Part shown: positions 1 to 9,959 of the stretch, piece by piece
How the letters are laid out: every line of letters begins with the position of its first letter
Position numbering within the stretch: the stretch's first letter is position 1
Assembly (NCBI GenBank): GCA_024626585.2
Contig: JANKJI020000002.1
Location: 138,437,528 to 138,461,970 of the forward strand
Reading direction: 5' to 3'
Length of the DNA stretch: 24,443 nucleotides
Origin: Ginkgo biloba
Taxonomy: Eukaryota > Plantae > Ginkgophyta
Position numbers and translations under genes: made by a program
The notes under the pieces: model-generated
Seen by the model: the letters and a program-made list of their open reading frames with translations, nothing else
Databases searched by the model: none
Told to the model about the DNA's origin: nothing

Positions 1-569
1 CAGTCGTTTTAAAAAAAAAAATTAAAAAGAAAATTCATTTAAATTTTTTTTTCCTATGTTTCATACTTTAGAGAAAAATTAAATTAAAAGGTGTTTAAAA
101 TTGACCAAGCCCCCAGTCATATGGGAATAGAGGGCTAATTGAGTTTTATAAGCCCCTAGGTACTTTTTTCAAGTTTTGAAAAGATGTTCCTGTACAAAAT
201 TTAATTTTCCTTCTTTTTAAGGATGGTCATATGACTGAATTGATGATTGATGTTTTTATGTCCTAAAGTTTGACTACCTACGTGTTGACCGGCGTTTTGT
301 AGTGATATTGGCACCCTGCGAGGTGATTGAAGAAAAATTAAGCCCCTAAATCAATAAAAAAATCTTTTTTGTGGTGTGGAGAGGTTGTTTTAAGCCCACG
401 ATCATGTTCTTGTGGTGTGCAATTTTTATTTTTCTTGATAATTTTTTGAAAAATGATGATAATGAATACAGTGGCTCATGATGCCTCTTGTGAGAGGTCA
501 TTTGTCCCGGGACAAAAGACTGTTCCGACTGGACATAATGTTCAATAGACAGGTTTGACGGGACATAAT

Positions 570-1863
570 AGACTGAGGTGTTGGCACTATGGGAAGCATG
601 GACATTTAAGGAGAGATTATCACAAGTTGTCATAATAATAGAGGCAACGACAAAAGATGCAATAGAAGGAGAAGCAAAATTAGAAGTAAAAGTAGAGGCA
701 TATGTAGAGTCAGTTTGAGGATTTATCTTTTAGGGGAGATGAGAAGGGAAATATTACATCTTATCAGGTTAAATATGCTCCCCATGATTCATGGTATATA
801 GACTTAAGAGAAACAATAAATATGAATAACATATTAGAATGGTTTAAGCACTTGTGGGAGGCTATAAGTCAGATAGTGACATTGGGAGATGATACAATAA
901 TAAAGGCAGAAGGGATTGGTTAAGTACCTATAATTATGTAAATAGAGAAGAAGGTATTTACATAGATGATGTTCTTTATGTACCTGTTCTAAAATCTATT
1001 TTAATATCTATAGAACAAATTGAACAATAGGATATGAACATTCTATTTCAACATGGTAAATGCACCATCAAAACTAGTAAGAATAATGTGGTGGCCAAAG
1101 GTACTTGGAAAAATAACATGTACAAGCTAAATGGCAGGTTAAAGAATTAGAGAGCCTTCACTATTGTATCAAAGAAGAAAAAAATATGGAATGAGAGGAT
1201 GGCTCATCTGCGCTATATGATTTTTCACTTGATGCATAAGTTGGATATGGTGATAGGCCTTCCCAGAATAATAATTAAAAATGGACTATGTGAACCTTGT
1301 GTAATGGGTAAGCAACATAGGGAACCATTTCCAAAGTCTTGGTTTATCTGTTGAGGGAGAAATCACAGACATTCATAGTCTTCAAGCAGTTCAAGGAGCT
1401 TGTGGAGCGATACACAGGGCACAAGTTGAAGACACTTTGATCTGACGACGGAGGAGAGTACACATCAACAAAGTTCAATCAATGCTGCAAGGATCAAGAC
1501 ATCTAGATGCAGTTCAAAACTGCCTATACACCACAATAGAATGGCGTTGCAGAGTGCATGAACAGGACTTTGGTAGAAAAATCCAAGTCCATCACGAAAG
1601 GCAAGAATGTGGCGGACTATTTGTGGGAAGTTGTATGTGCAACAACTTATGTGGAAACAGGAGTCCAACGAAGGTAGTCTGGGGTAAAACCCCTGGGGAG
1701 GTTTGGTCAGGAAAGAAGCCTACTGTAAGCTATCTGAAGGTTTTTGGGTGGACTGCATACATGCATATCCCAAAGGAGAAATGATAGAAGTTTGATGACA
1801 AAAGTTCCAGGTGTGTATCCTTGTGGGATATTCAGAGGAAAGCAAAGCTTACCTCGTATTCGA
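570..1863 (+). mobile_element. Degenerate Ty1/copia gag-pol remnant (zinc knuckle, protease, GAG-pre-integrase, integrase core, SH3); runs into N-gap
   Basis: Manual translation. CWHYGKHGHLRRDY at 579-620 is a CCHC knuckle with two TGT>TAT changes. WYIDLRET at 792-815, same frame, is a decayed WYIDSGA protease motif. Then VTLGDD..IKAEGIG, DVLYVP, IWNERMAH and CEPCVMGKQHREPFPK (to 1336). The integrase reads VYLLREKS..KTL*SDDGGEY..TAYTPQ*NGVAE.MNRTLVE, followed by NRSPTK..TPGEVWSGKKP.VSYLKVFG and CILVGYSEESKAY. The order PR-INT is copia-type. Several stops and frameshifts. Confidence 0.93.
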
Positions 1864-2752
1864 NNNNNNNNNNNNNNNNNNNNNNNNNNNNNNNNNNNNN
1901 NNNNNNNNNNNNNNNNNNNNNNNNNNNNNNNNNNNNNNNNNNNNNNNNNNNNNNNNNNNNNNNNNNNNNNNNNNNNNNNNNNNNNNNNNNNNNNNNNNNN
2001 NNNNNNNNNNNNNNNNNNNNNNNNNNNNNNNNNNNNNNNNNNNNNNNNNNNNNNNNNNNNNNNNNNNNNNNNNNNNNNNNNNNNNNNNNNNNNNNNNNNN
2101 NNNNNNNNNNNNNNNNNNNNNNNNNNNNNNNNNNNNNNNNNNNNNNNNNNNNNNNNNNNNNNNNNNNNNNNNNNNNNNNNNNNNNNNNNNNNNNNNNNNN
2201 NNNNNNNNNNNNNNNNNNNNNNNNNNNNNNNNNNNNNNNNNNNNNNNNNNNNNNNNNNNNNNNNNNNNNNNNNNNNNNNNNNNNNNNNNNNNNNNNNNNN
2301 NNNNNNNNNNNNNNNNNNNNNNNNNNNNNNNNNNNNNNNNNNNNNNNNNNNNNNNNNNNNNNNNNNNNNNNNNNNNNNNNNNNNNNNNNNNNNNNNNNNN
2401 NNNNNNNNNNNNNNNNNNNNNNNNNNNNNNNNNNNNNNNNNNNNNNNNNNNNNNNNNNNNNNNNNNNNNNNNNNNNNNNNNNNNNNNNNNNNNNNNNNNN
2501 NNNNNNNNNNNNNNNNNNNNNNNNNNNNNNNNNNNNNNNNNNNNNNNNNNNNNNNNNNNNNNNNNNNNNNNNNNNNNNNNNNNNNNNNNNNNNNNNNNNN
2601 NNNNNNNNNNNNNNNNNNNNNNNNNNNNNNNNNNNNNNNNNNNNNNNNNNNNNNNNNNNNNNNNNNNNNNNNNNNNNNNNNNNNNNNNNNNNNNNNNNNN
2701 NNNNNNNNNNNNNNNNNNNNNNNNNNNNNNNNNNNNNNNNNNNNNNNNNNNN
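1864..2752. other. Assembly gap (889 N). Other gaps: 5355-5454, 7835-7934, 8733-8776, 9012-9111, 12138-12237, 13595-13604, 14185-14284, 15463-15562, 17718-17786, 19419-19654, 20335-20381, 21573-21672, 23158-23257
   Basis: Runs of N seen directly. Many are exactly 100 N, a common placeholder for unknown size. Confidence 0.99.
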
Positions 2753-3195
2753 GAAGAGGCACGAGCCTACTTGGTGAGATGACGTCAGACAGGATGTACC
2801 CTTGGTGAGAAAACTATAAAAGGACGCTAAAGTATGGCGCATGAATTCACTGATGATTGCTTCTTAGTGACTTCTTTCTACTTTCTATCGCCTGCTACTT
2901 AGTTTGCTTCTCGTAGAAGGCACATATTTCTGTTGCCTTGCTTCTCCCTGCTTGGCGAATTGTTGCTCCTTCATTATTGCGACTTTTGGAGGAGAATTGT
3001 TGCTGGTGAAACCTCCTAGTGTTGATGAAGCTGAAGGCGAACCTCTTAGGAGGTATTTTGGAGTTGTTGAAGCTATGGAGAACCTTGGAGGAAGGTTGAC
3101 TTAAGCCAAAGTGTTGCCGGGGTGATTCTTCTATTGCATCTAGAATTATTGAATCTTTGTCGGACTTAGCATAGACTCAAAGTGGGGTTGTTACA
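2753..3195 (+). mobile_element. 3' part of an LTR (probably Ty3/gypsy; solo or 3' LTR); 5' end lies in the gap
   Basis: Ends in GTGGGGTTGTTACA (CA at 3194-3195), a typical gypsy LTR terminus. TATAAAAGG at 2815-2823. No PBS follows. Relatively GC- and CpG-rich. Confidence 0.6.
2780..2823 (+). promoter_or_regulatory. LTR U3 promoter: palindromic TGACGTCA (bZIP C-box/CRE-type) plus TATA box
   Basis: TGACGTCA at 2780-2787 and TATAAA at 2815-2820. A CTTGGTGAGA direct repeat at 2770-2779 and 2801-2810 flanks the bZIP site. Function is inferred only. Confidence 0.4.
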
Positions 3196-3912
3196 CTAAC
3201 TAAACTGGATGCTATGGTTTATGAATTTGAAATAGGAGAAAGTTATAAATACACCAAACCCTAAATGTCCAAACAATTCAATTTCAACAATAAATAATAT
3301 CAAAGTGCTCTATGACCAAGAGTGCCCTACTACAAAGAGGAATTATGTATTCTTAGAGTTATAGGACCCCCATTCATGCATACATAACCATTAATTCAAA
3401 TTTCAAACTATTTTTGTTGCTGTTAATTTTTGACAGCCTAAAAGCAGTGTGTAGAAATTAATGCAGAAAGCAGGGTTTGAACAAGTACTTACAATTTCTG
3501 GTGACTTATTGGTCAAAAGTGACGAATTGAAGATGCCAAACCTTTTTGTAGACCAAAACATCTTTGTTCAGTGTCCTAGAATGCAACAACTTGCTTTCAA
3601 GGCCAAGTATGGCACAATGTTTATGCAAAAACCAATCGTTGGGTGTTGAAATGGCCTGCGACTTCTTTTGGAGGTTCAGTGGGCCCCATAAGGCTAACAA
3701 AATCAATACTAACCTCTCTAATGAGGTTGCCTTGGCACAAGGAATAGATCTAAGCAATTCTTCGATGAAAATATATGCTGCAAGTTGCTATAAATGTAAT
3801 GAACCAGTTCCATATTTGAAAGAAATAACTGTAGTCCCATATGACTTCTAAGGATCAAGTCCTATAGTTAGAACGTGGAAAACAACTTGCTTAGTGAAGA
3901 CACCTTTAGTAG

Positions 3913-4245
3913 TGTTAGAATAATTAATGTTTACATAGTTGTAATTTAGCTTATAACCTAATGTTACAAGGCTAAAGTATTAAATGTAATATTAAAATAT
4001 AAAAGGGGTGAGTCGTCTTAGGGTCAATCCTTAGGGTGACACATGTCGGGAGTTACTCGACAAGTGTCAAGTCCAAAAGTGGCAGTTACAAAACCTCTTT
4101 TGTATATATACTTGTATCGCTTTTGTACATTTATTGAATGAGCAGTTAAAGAGGGTCATGGTAGACCAATTCTACTAGAACTTGTCTTGTATTTTGTGCT
4201 TGTTCATTTTTTGGTATTAGACTAATTCTTTGCCCAGTTTTAACA
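3913..4245 (+). mobile_element. Putative copia-type solo LTR (~333 bp)
   Basis: Termini TGTTAGAA (3913) and TTTTAACA (4245). TATATATA near 4103 followed by T-rich R/U5-like sequence. Internal hairpin at 4037-4069. No matching 5-bp TSD (AGTAG vs CTCCT), so the boundaries are uncertain. Confidence 0.5.
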
Positions 4246-5215
4246 CTCCTTGTTCTTGACCCGGTCCCCACTGTGTTCAAGGTCCTTGGTTGGGGGAAGA
4301 AGTAGGGGCTGTGAGAAGCACTAATGGCTAGCTAGCAGAGGACATCTGTATTGCCCAAACTTTTATCATCAGTTCCTCATTCATCTGTTTCCACTGAAAG
4401 ATCTATCTAGTGGTTCACTTGCGGCTAATAAGTGGAAGAAGCGGGAAGATTGCCCCTCTTGCCATGCCAAATGAGTTTAAGTGAATAGGCCACCCAAATG
4501 TGAAGAGCACCACAAAACCTCCAATGTGCCAGCAGCCAGCCACCTGTGCCGATCCTAAATGTTGCTGGCCTCTATCATGATGAATGGGTGGTAGGTGAAT
4601 GCCATGCTGCAAGGGGTACATGAATCCCCGATTGATTGGGATAACCCTGGAAAAAGTTTATCCATTTTATGGAAGTATGGGCCAGCTCCTCAAGTGGGTG
4701 ACAGATCAGCCATAAATGGACTCTGGGATATGCACCAGGGCAACGGATGTTGAGCATACGATGATGCCTCCCATTTTCATTTTGTGGAAGGGCTCAGCAG
4801 AGGAAGGGGCTTCTTTGGGTCACAGGCCACTGTGTTTGCGCCAGCGGTCCAACAGAGAGGCAAAGTCTTGGTTTGTTCAATTGCCCCTCTGCTCGTCAAC
4901 TAGCCAACCTCCCCTAACCCAGCTTGATCGCCATTTAGGTCTGACTAGGTCAGCATATTGGTTGCATCACTCTCGATAGAGAAGATGGCTTATACTGCCT
5001 TGCCCACTTTTGAGTGATTATAAGCTCTTTAATTTGAACTAACTTTCCCCATACAGGGTAAAACACACATTATTACAACAATACTTATCTCTGTGGAGTG
5101 ACAATTTTAATGCACCTGGGTGCATATGAATGTGAGAATGAGATATGTTGGTCCTGTTATTCAAGCCAAAATTTGATTGAAAAAATTGAAATATTTAGTG
5201 CGCCATTTCGTCTAA

Positions 5216-5553
5216 TTAAAATTTTTGCTTGTAGTATGCAAAACATTGGTTTTCTCATACAACATATCTGGTTTATCTGATATTTACAGGTGCATTTAAT
5301 ATTTATTTATTTACTTTGATTCATTATAGGTTTTTGGAGTTAACCATTTGAATTNNNNNNNNNNNNNNNNNNNNNNNNNNNNNNNNNNNNNNNNNNNNNN
5401 NNNNNNNNNNNNNNNNNNNNNNNNNNNNNNNNNNNNNNNNNNNNNNNNNNNNNNTTAAAATTTTCGCTTGTAGTATGCAAAACATTGGTTTTCTTATGCA
5501 ACATATCTGGTTTATCTGATATTTACAAGTGCATTTAATATTTATTTATTTAC
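5216..5553 (+). repeat. 99-bp direct repeat (5216-5314 and 5455-5553) across a 100-N gap, just upstream of the RPN1 exon cluster
   Basis: Direct comparison gives 95/99 identity; all four differences are transitions. The copies diverge after TTTAC. Confidence 0.9.
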
Positions 5554-5565
5554 GTAATATCACAG

Positions 5566-5673
5566 GCACATTTGATTGATGGGCGGGCAAGCGCGGGCGC
5601 AAGTGTTGATTCTGCTCGTCAGAATTTGGCTGCTACATTTGTGAATGCGTTTGTAAATGCTGGATTCGGGCAA
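5566..5673 (+). CDS. RPN1: 26S proteasome non-ATPase regulatory subunit 2 (RPN1/PSMD2), internal exon 1 of 5 in window
   Basis: cacag|GCA...CAA|gtaagt, 108 bp. [36 protein letters not shown] closely matches plant RPN1 as recalled ([36 protein letters not shown]). Absent from the ORF track. Confidence 0.97.
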
Positions 5674-5780
5674 GTAAGTTGAAAGAGGAGAGTGAGAAAT
5701 CAGAGTGATTAATGCGGATAATTGTTATTATACAGAACACCATAGGAACGGCACTTCAGCAAATGGTGTTTTTTATGCAG

Positions 5781-5885
5781 GACAAATTAATGACTGCTGC
5801 TTCTGAATCGTCCAGTGGAGGTAGCACAGGAAATTGGCTCTTTAAAAACAAGGAACATGGGAAAGCCAGTGCTGCTGCAAGTTTG
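5781..5885 (+). CDS. RPN1: RPN1 internal exon 2 of 5
   Basis: atgcag|GAC...TTG|gtatg, 105 bp. [35 protein letters not shown] contains the conserved [15 protein letters not shown]. Confidence 0.97.
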
Positions 5886-5973
5886 GTATGTTAACCTTTT
5901 TTCCTGGCAGCTATCAACTCTGTGGGAGGTGAATGTTTCTGATTCTAAAGTTATGTTTATGGTGCTGATGCAG

Positions 5974-6114
5974 GGCTTGATTCTTCTTTGGGATGTTGAT
6001 GCTGGGCTTACACAAATTGACAAGTACTTCCATAGCAATGATAATCATGTGATTGCTGGAGCCTTACTAGCAGTTGGTATTGTGAACTGTGGTATCCGAA
6101 ATGAATGTGATCCG
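5974..6114 (+). CDS. RPN1: RPN1 internal exon 3 of 5
   Basis: atgcag|GGC...CCG|gttagt, 141 bp. [47 protein letters not shown] (PC-repeat region). Confidence 0.97.
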
Positions 6115-6263
6115 GTTAGTCTCATGCTTGTTTGTGTGGCAGGTTTCTGTATCAGAACAGAACATTCATTACTTTTTTTAGTTGAACATTTACATTTTCT
6201 AGATACAGGTTTACATTAAGTGAATAATTTCTAAGCACATATTTTGTTGATATTTATGTGCAG

Positions 6264-6368
6264 GCATATGCACTTCTTGCAGAGTATGTAAGCAAGGAAG
6301 ATTCCAGCATCCGAATTGGGGCAATTATGGGCCTTGGGTTAGCATATGCTGGCTCTCAAAAGGAAGAG
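6264..6368 (+). CDS. RPN1: RPN1 internal exon 4 of 5
   Basis: gtgcag|GCA...GAG|gtgaaa, 105 bp. [35 protein letters not shown]. Absent from the ORF track. Confidence 0.96.
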
Positions 6369-6503
6369 GTGAAATTTTAGCTCACTTGATTGATATCACC
6401 AACTAGTATTGCCGCTGAGATTTTTGCAATGGTGCTAGGTTTTTGTCTTGCTTCAGTTTCAATTTATTATTCTATTTTTAATGCTTTTTCCATTTTGTTG
6501 CAG

Positions 6504-6725
6504 GTTCTTAGGCTTCTATCACCAATTTTGACAGACTCAAAAGTTCCAATAGATGTTATTGCTTTCACTGCTGTTTCACTTGGATTGATCTATGTTGGGT
6601 CTTGTAATGATGAGGTGGCTCAGTCAATTATTCTCGCTTTAATGGAGAGAAGCGAGGCTGAACTTGGAGAGCCCCTCACTCGTTTCCTGTCTCTGGGTCT
6701 TGGCCTTTTATACCTTGGAAAACAG
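6504..6725 (+). CDS. RPN1: RPN1 internal exon 5 of 5
   Basis: ttgcag|GTT...CAG|gtgagt, 222 bp. VLRLLSPILTDSKVPIDVIAFTAVSLGLIYVGSCNDEVAQSIILALMERSEAELGEPLTRFLSLGLGLLYLGKQ. The next expected exon (ESVEATAEVSK...) was not seen downstream. Confidence 0.97.
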
Positions 6726-7566
6726 GTGAGTGGACTGAGTTTGAGAAATTACTATTTAGCGAATAAAGCAGTGCAGCTCATGATGCATATTGTTCCAACT
6801 TTTGTGGGGACAAATGGCTGATCTTTTGTTTTACTGCATTGTATTTGAAAATGTGTTACAATAATAAGGGAATAAATAAGTTAAAAAATTACATCCCAGC
6901 AAAACATTAGTATTATTTACTTGGTCATCTCATTATTTGATTATTCTCTACTTAAGTGTGAAGGGAAAAATATGTTTTATTTCAAAAGTATTCTCTGAAA
7001 GGTTACTATTTCCAATATTAAAACATGTTGAACTACTGTTAGTTAGTATAACAATCAGTATGGAATGCTGATTTGTTATTTAGAACCCCTCCCTTACTAC
7101 TGTTATCAGGGTTTACAAGCTATTGACTTTGATTATTCAATGAGCAAATTTCCAATCATATTTGTGATTTTATGGTCAAATAACATTTGGTGGTACCCTT
7201 CTGGCATGCAAGTTTTACTATAGAGCACACACCACAACTTGTAACTCTATTCCTATCACTATTAGACTTGATCTTTGGTGATTATGTGATACTTTGATTT
7301 CTTTGGCAAACCCCTTGTCTCATTTAGCATGGTTGCCAAGAGTATCTGTGATACTTTGAATACGAGTTAACTTTGAACCAGAAAATTATTATGCCAATGC
7401 AGTCATTCAATTGAATGTTGCTAATAGAGGTCTGTTGGAGGAGAAAGCTACATTTTGCACAGACCTAAATCTGGATTACTGATATAGCTGTAAGCCTGTA
7501 TAAGATGTTGGTCTTCATTAAGTTCCATGAAGCAAGAGAGTGGGCTAGTGATTCTAGTGAATTGGG

Positions 7567-7834
7567 GGGTAAAAATAATCATGCAAAAACTAGATGGGAA
7601 GGATGCTGCTGCAAGGAGGGAAATTGAATGGGGAAGGCAAAAGACAGAAAGCAAGTAAACAAAGAGTACGCCAGAGTGGAACAAAAATGGAGAGAAGTTG
7701 TTTTAGAAAGGAAGCATGGTTATCTGGCAGGAAATTTTCGGGCATGCTTACCAACATGCTTCTAGAAGAGTCTAGGAATGGGTAAAAATAATCATGCAAA
7801 AACTAGATGGGAAGGATGCTGCTGCAAGGAGGGA
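7567..7834 (+). repeat. Identical 55-bp direct repeat (7567-7621 and 7780-7834), period 213 bp; second copy is cut by the gap
   Basis: GGGTAAAAATAATCATGCAAAAACTAGATGGGAAGGATGCTGCTGCAAGGAGGGA occurs twice. Either a tandem repeat or a local misassembly. Confidence 0.85.
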
Positions 7835-9479
7835 NNNNNNNNNNNNNNNNNNNNNNNNNNNNNNNNNNNNNNNNNNNNNNNNNNNNNNNNNNNNNNNNNN
7901 NNNNNNNNNNNNNNNNNNNNNNNNNNNNNNNNNNAGAGAAGATGGTGTTGTGTTTACCTTGGGCATTGATTCACTATATATAGTTGGGAGGTTGCATTTG
8001 ATCATCATGGGTTGTAATCCCTTCTACAATCCTAATTTCAAACAAGTATCTTTTTAGTAACTATGACTTGTAGACTAAGCTTCAATTTCAACCTACATCT
8101 TCAACTCAAAATTTGCCTTTACTCTGCATTCAAGGATTTTACCTAACCTCCATAAGGCATAATTACAAGTACTACTTGCATTTTGAAGTTGTTTTGGGGT
8201 TTGTGGGGTTCTGTAGATGATGGCTTGCATTTTTGAAGCTTAAATGGAGTTTGGCTTATGCATTTTGAAATCTTCATAGGTTTTCCTACCCTATTTGAAG
8301 TTTGGTTGCTTTTCTGAAGCTTCTTGCCACCATCACACAGTCTTTGGAGATTTGAAGCTTCTTACATCTTCACTCCACTTTTGTATACTTAGAGGGGATG
8401 TCCACTTGTAGTTTTGAGGTAGCCACTTTGAAAAAGGATCGCTTGCAAAGTTAGATGGCCATTTCTAATGCAAATTTAGGCGTTGGATTGCATCTACTAC
8501 CTTTGCCCATCAAATTCTCCCCCGAGCAAGGGTCAATAGCTACATAAGGCGATAATCATTGAGGGATAAGACAAAAGGTCCTTGTAATTGGTTTGGTAGG
8601 TGTTCATACCTTTTTGTTGCAATTTACAAAGGTCTATATAATGTTATTTTAGTTCCTTTTTGCTATTAAATCTATGCAATGTAAGAAACAACCGTAATGG
8701 GTTTGAATTTTTTAGTATTTAAGGCCATCTACNNNNNNNNNNNNNNNNNNNNNNNNNNNNNNNNNNNNNNNNNNNNGGATTTGCGTTAGTAGAGGTGGTA
8801 AGATGCATAGTTGAAAATCGTAGCAAGAAGCCTTTGAGATACATGTTGCTCATAGTCCTTACTCGATGTTCGGTTATGATAATTTGTATGATGAATGTGG
8901 CTTAGCAAAAATTAACATCACAATCTATATTTCCTTGATATGTTACAATGTGTATTTTTGCAACCATGGCTATTGTGATGTGTATTTTCATAGTGTTTTG
9001 TTTATAGGTATNNNNNNNNNNNNNNNNNNNNNNNNNNNNNNNNNNNNNNNNNNNNNNNNNNNNNNNNNNNNNNNNNNNNNNNNNNNNNNNNNNNNNNNNN
9101 NNNNNNNNNNNCATAGTGTTTTGTTTATAGGTATTGTACTTATTTGTAAGTGTGTGGGACCACCTTATAGATGGTATGTTGGAGATGCCATGTGGTATGA
9201 TGACCTTCGTAGGATGTTTGGAGACCATCTAATATATAATTTCCTATAAGCTCATTCTTCTTATGATTGAATGTGTTTGCATCATACTTCAACTAGTTGT
9301 CACTAGGAGAAGTATTTTGTTGCACTGATCTTTGTTTATGTTGGAATCTTAGTACAAGTTCCACAAGTATTGAGACAAGGAGCCTATAATAGTGTTACTA
9401 GATTCATGTTCGGTTCACACGTTCATTGCAATGGTGCCTTCATAAAGGGTGGAGTATGAGAAATCAATAGAAATGCAAA

Positions 9480-9935
9480 GAGAGAGAGAGATTGGATAGT
9501 CTGGAATCAAGATTGTCCGAGTTGAAGGACTAAGAAGATGAATGGACTTGCCTTGTGCATTAGAAGAGGGAAGGAAGTAGAATCGCAGAAGAATCTTGAA
9601 ATTTTTTTAGAAGGAGAAGAATCTAGAGAATGACAAAGTGTTGCTTAAGAAGTCTAAAACTAACCAAGAAGTTGAAGGCAAAATGGACAAGTGGAAAACT
9701 TATAACAACAATTGGACAAGCTTGGAAAGGAAATTGGTGCAAAATAATTAGACAATTTCAACAACTGAAAGTACTAGAGTTGGATGGCAACAATAGTGGG
9801 GTAGAGATTCAATGTTGGTCAATTAAAGTAAATAGGTTCTTTTGAGCCTATGCTACGATTGAGGAATATATTAGTTCTTGCTTAATTATCCTTGAAAAAT
9901 GCAACTTATATATGGTGGGAAGATAATGAATGCCA
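9480..9935 (+). mobile_element. Ty3/gypsy gag remnant (N-terminal coiled coil plus start of Retrotrans_gag)
   Basis: RERLDSLESRLSELKD, then KVLELDGNNSGVEIQCWSIKVNRFF*AYATIEE (from 9768), then after a frameshift KNATYIWWED (WW at 9913-9918). Fits the gypsy capsid pattern FxG...W...E.xF...A..WW. Confidence 0.65.
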
Positions 9936-9959
9936 AATCACAAGAGGAGCGAGAGAATC

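Noticed and set aside
1707-2842. Long ORFs (318-354 aa) in the ORF track, and other X-containing ORFs
   Set aside because: They are open only because they cross N-runs.
3022-3055. Hammerhead-ribozyme-like string TTGATGA-AGCTGAAGGC-GAA-CCTC-TTAG-GAGG-TA in the LTR (possible retrozyme)
   Set aside because: The core lacks C3 and one A of GAAA, and stem I does not pair convincingly. Local GAACCT repeats explain it. An Infernal scan of the family consensus would settle it.
5518-5529. GAT ATT TAC AAG = DIYK, the expected end of the previous RPN1 exon
   Set aside because: No GT follows in phase, upstream residues do not match RPN1, an in-frame TAA lies in the 36 nt before the exon, and the duplicate copy reads DIYR.
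5712-6821. ORFs 5712-5894, 5815-6219 and 6390-6821 as stand-alone genes
   Set aside because: Each is an RPN1 exon plus intron read-through; splice sites define the true coding parts.
8989-9134. 23-bp direct repeat on both sides of a 100-N gap
   Set aside because: Exact contig-end overlap, so an assembly artefact.
9160-9185. CCTTATA-GA-TGGTATG as LTR end plus PBS upstream of the + gypsy gag
   Set aside because: Only 6 nt match a PBS. The position is plausible but the evidence is insufficient.
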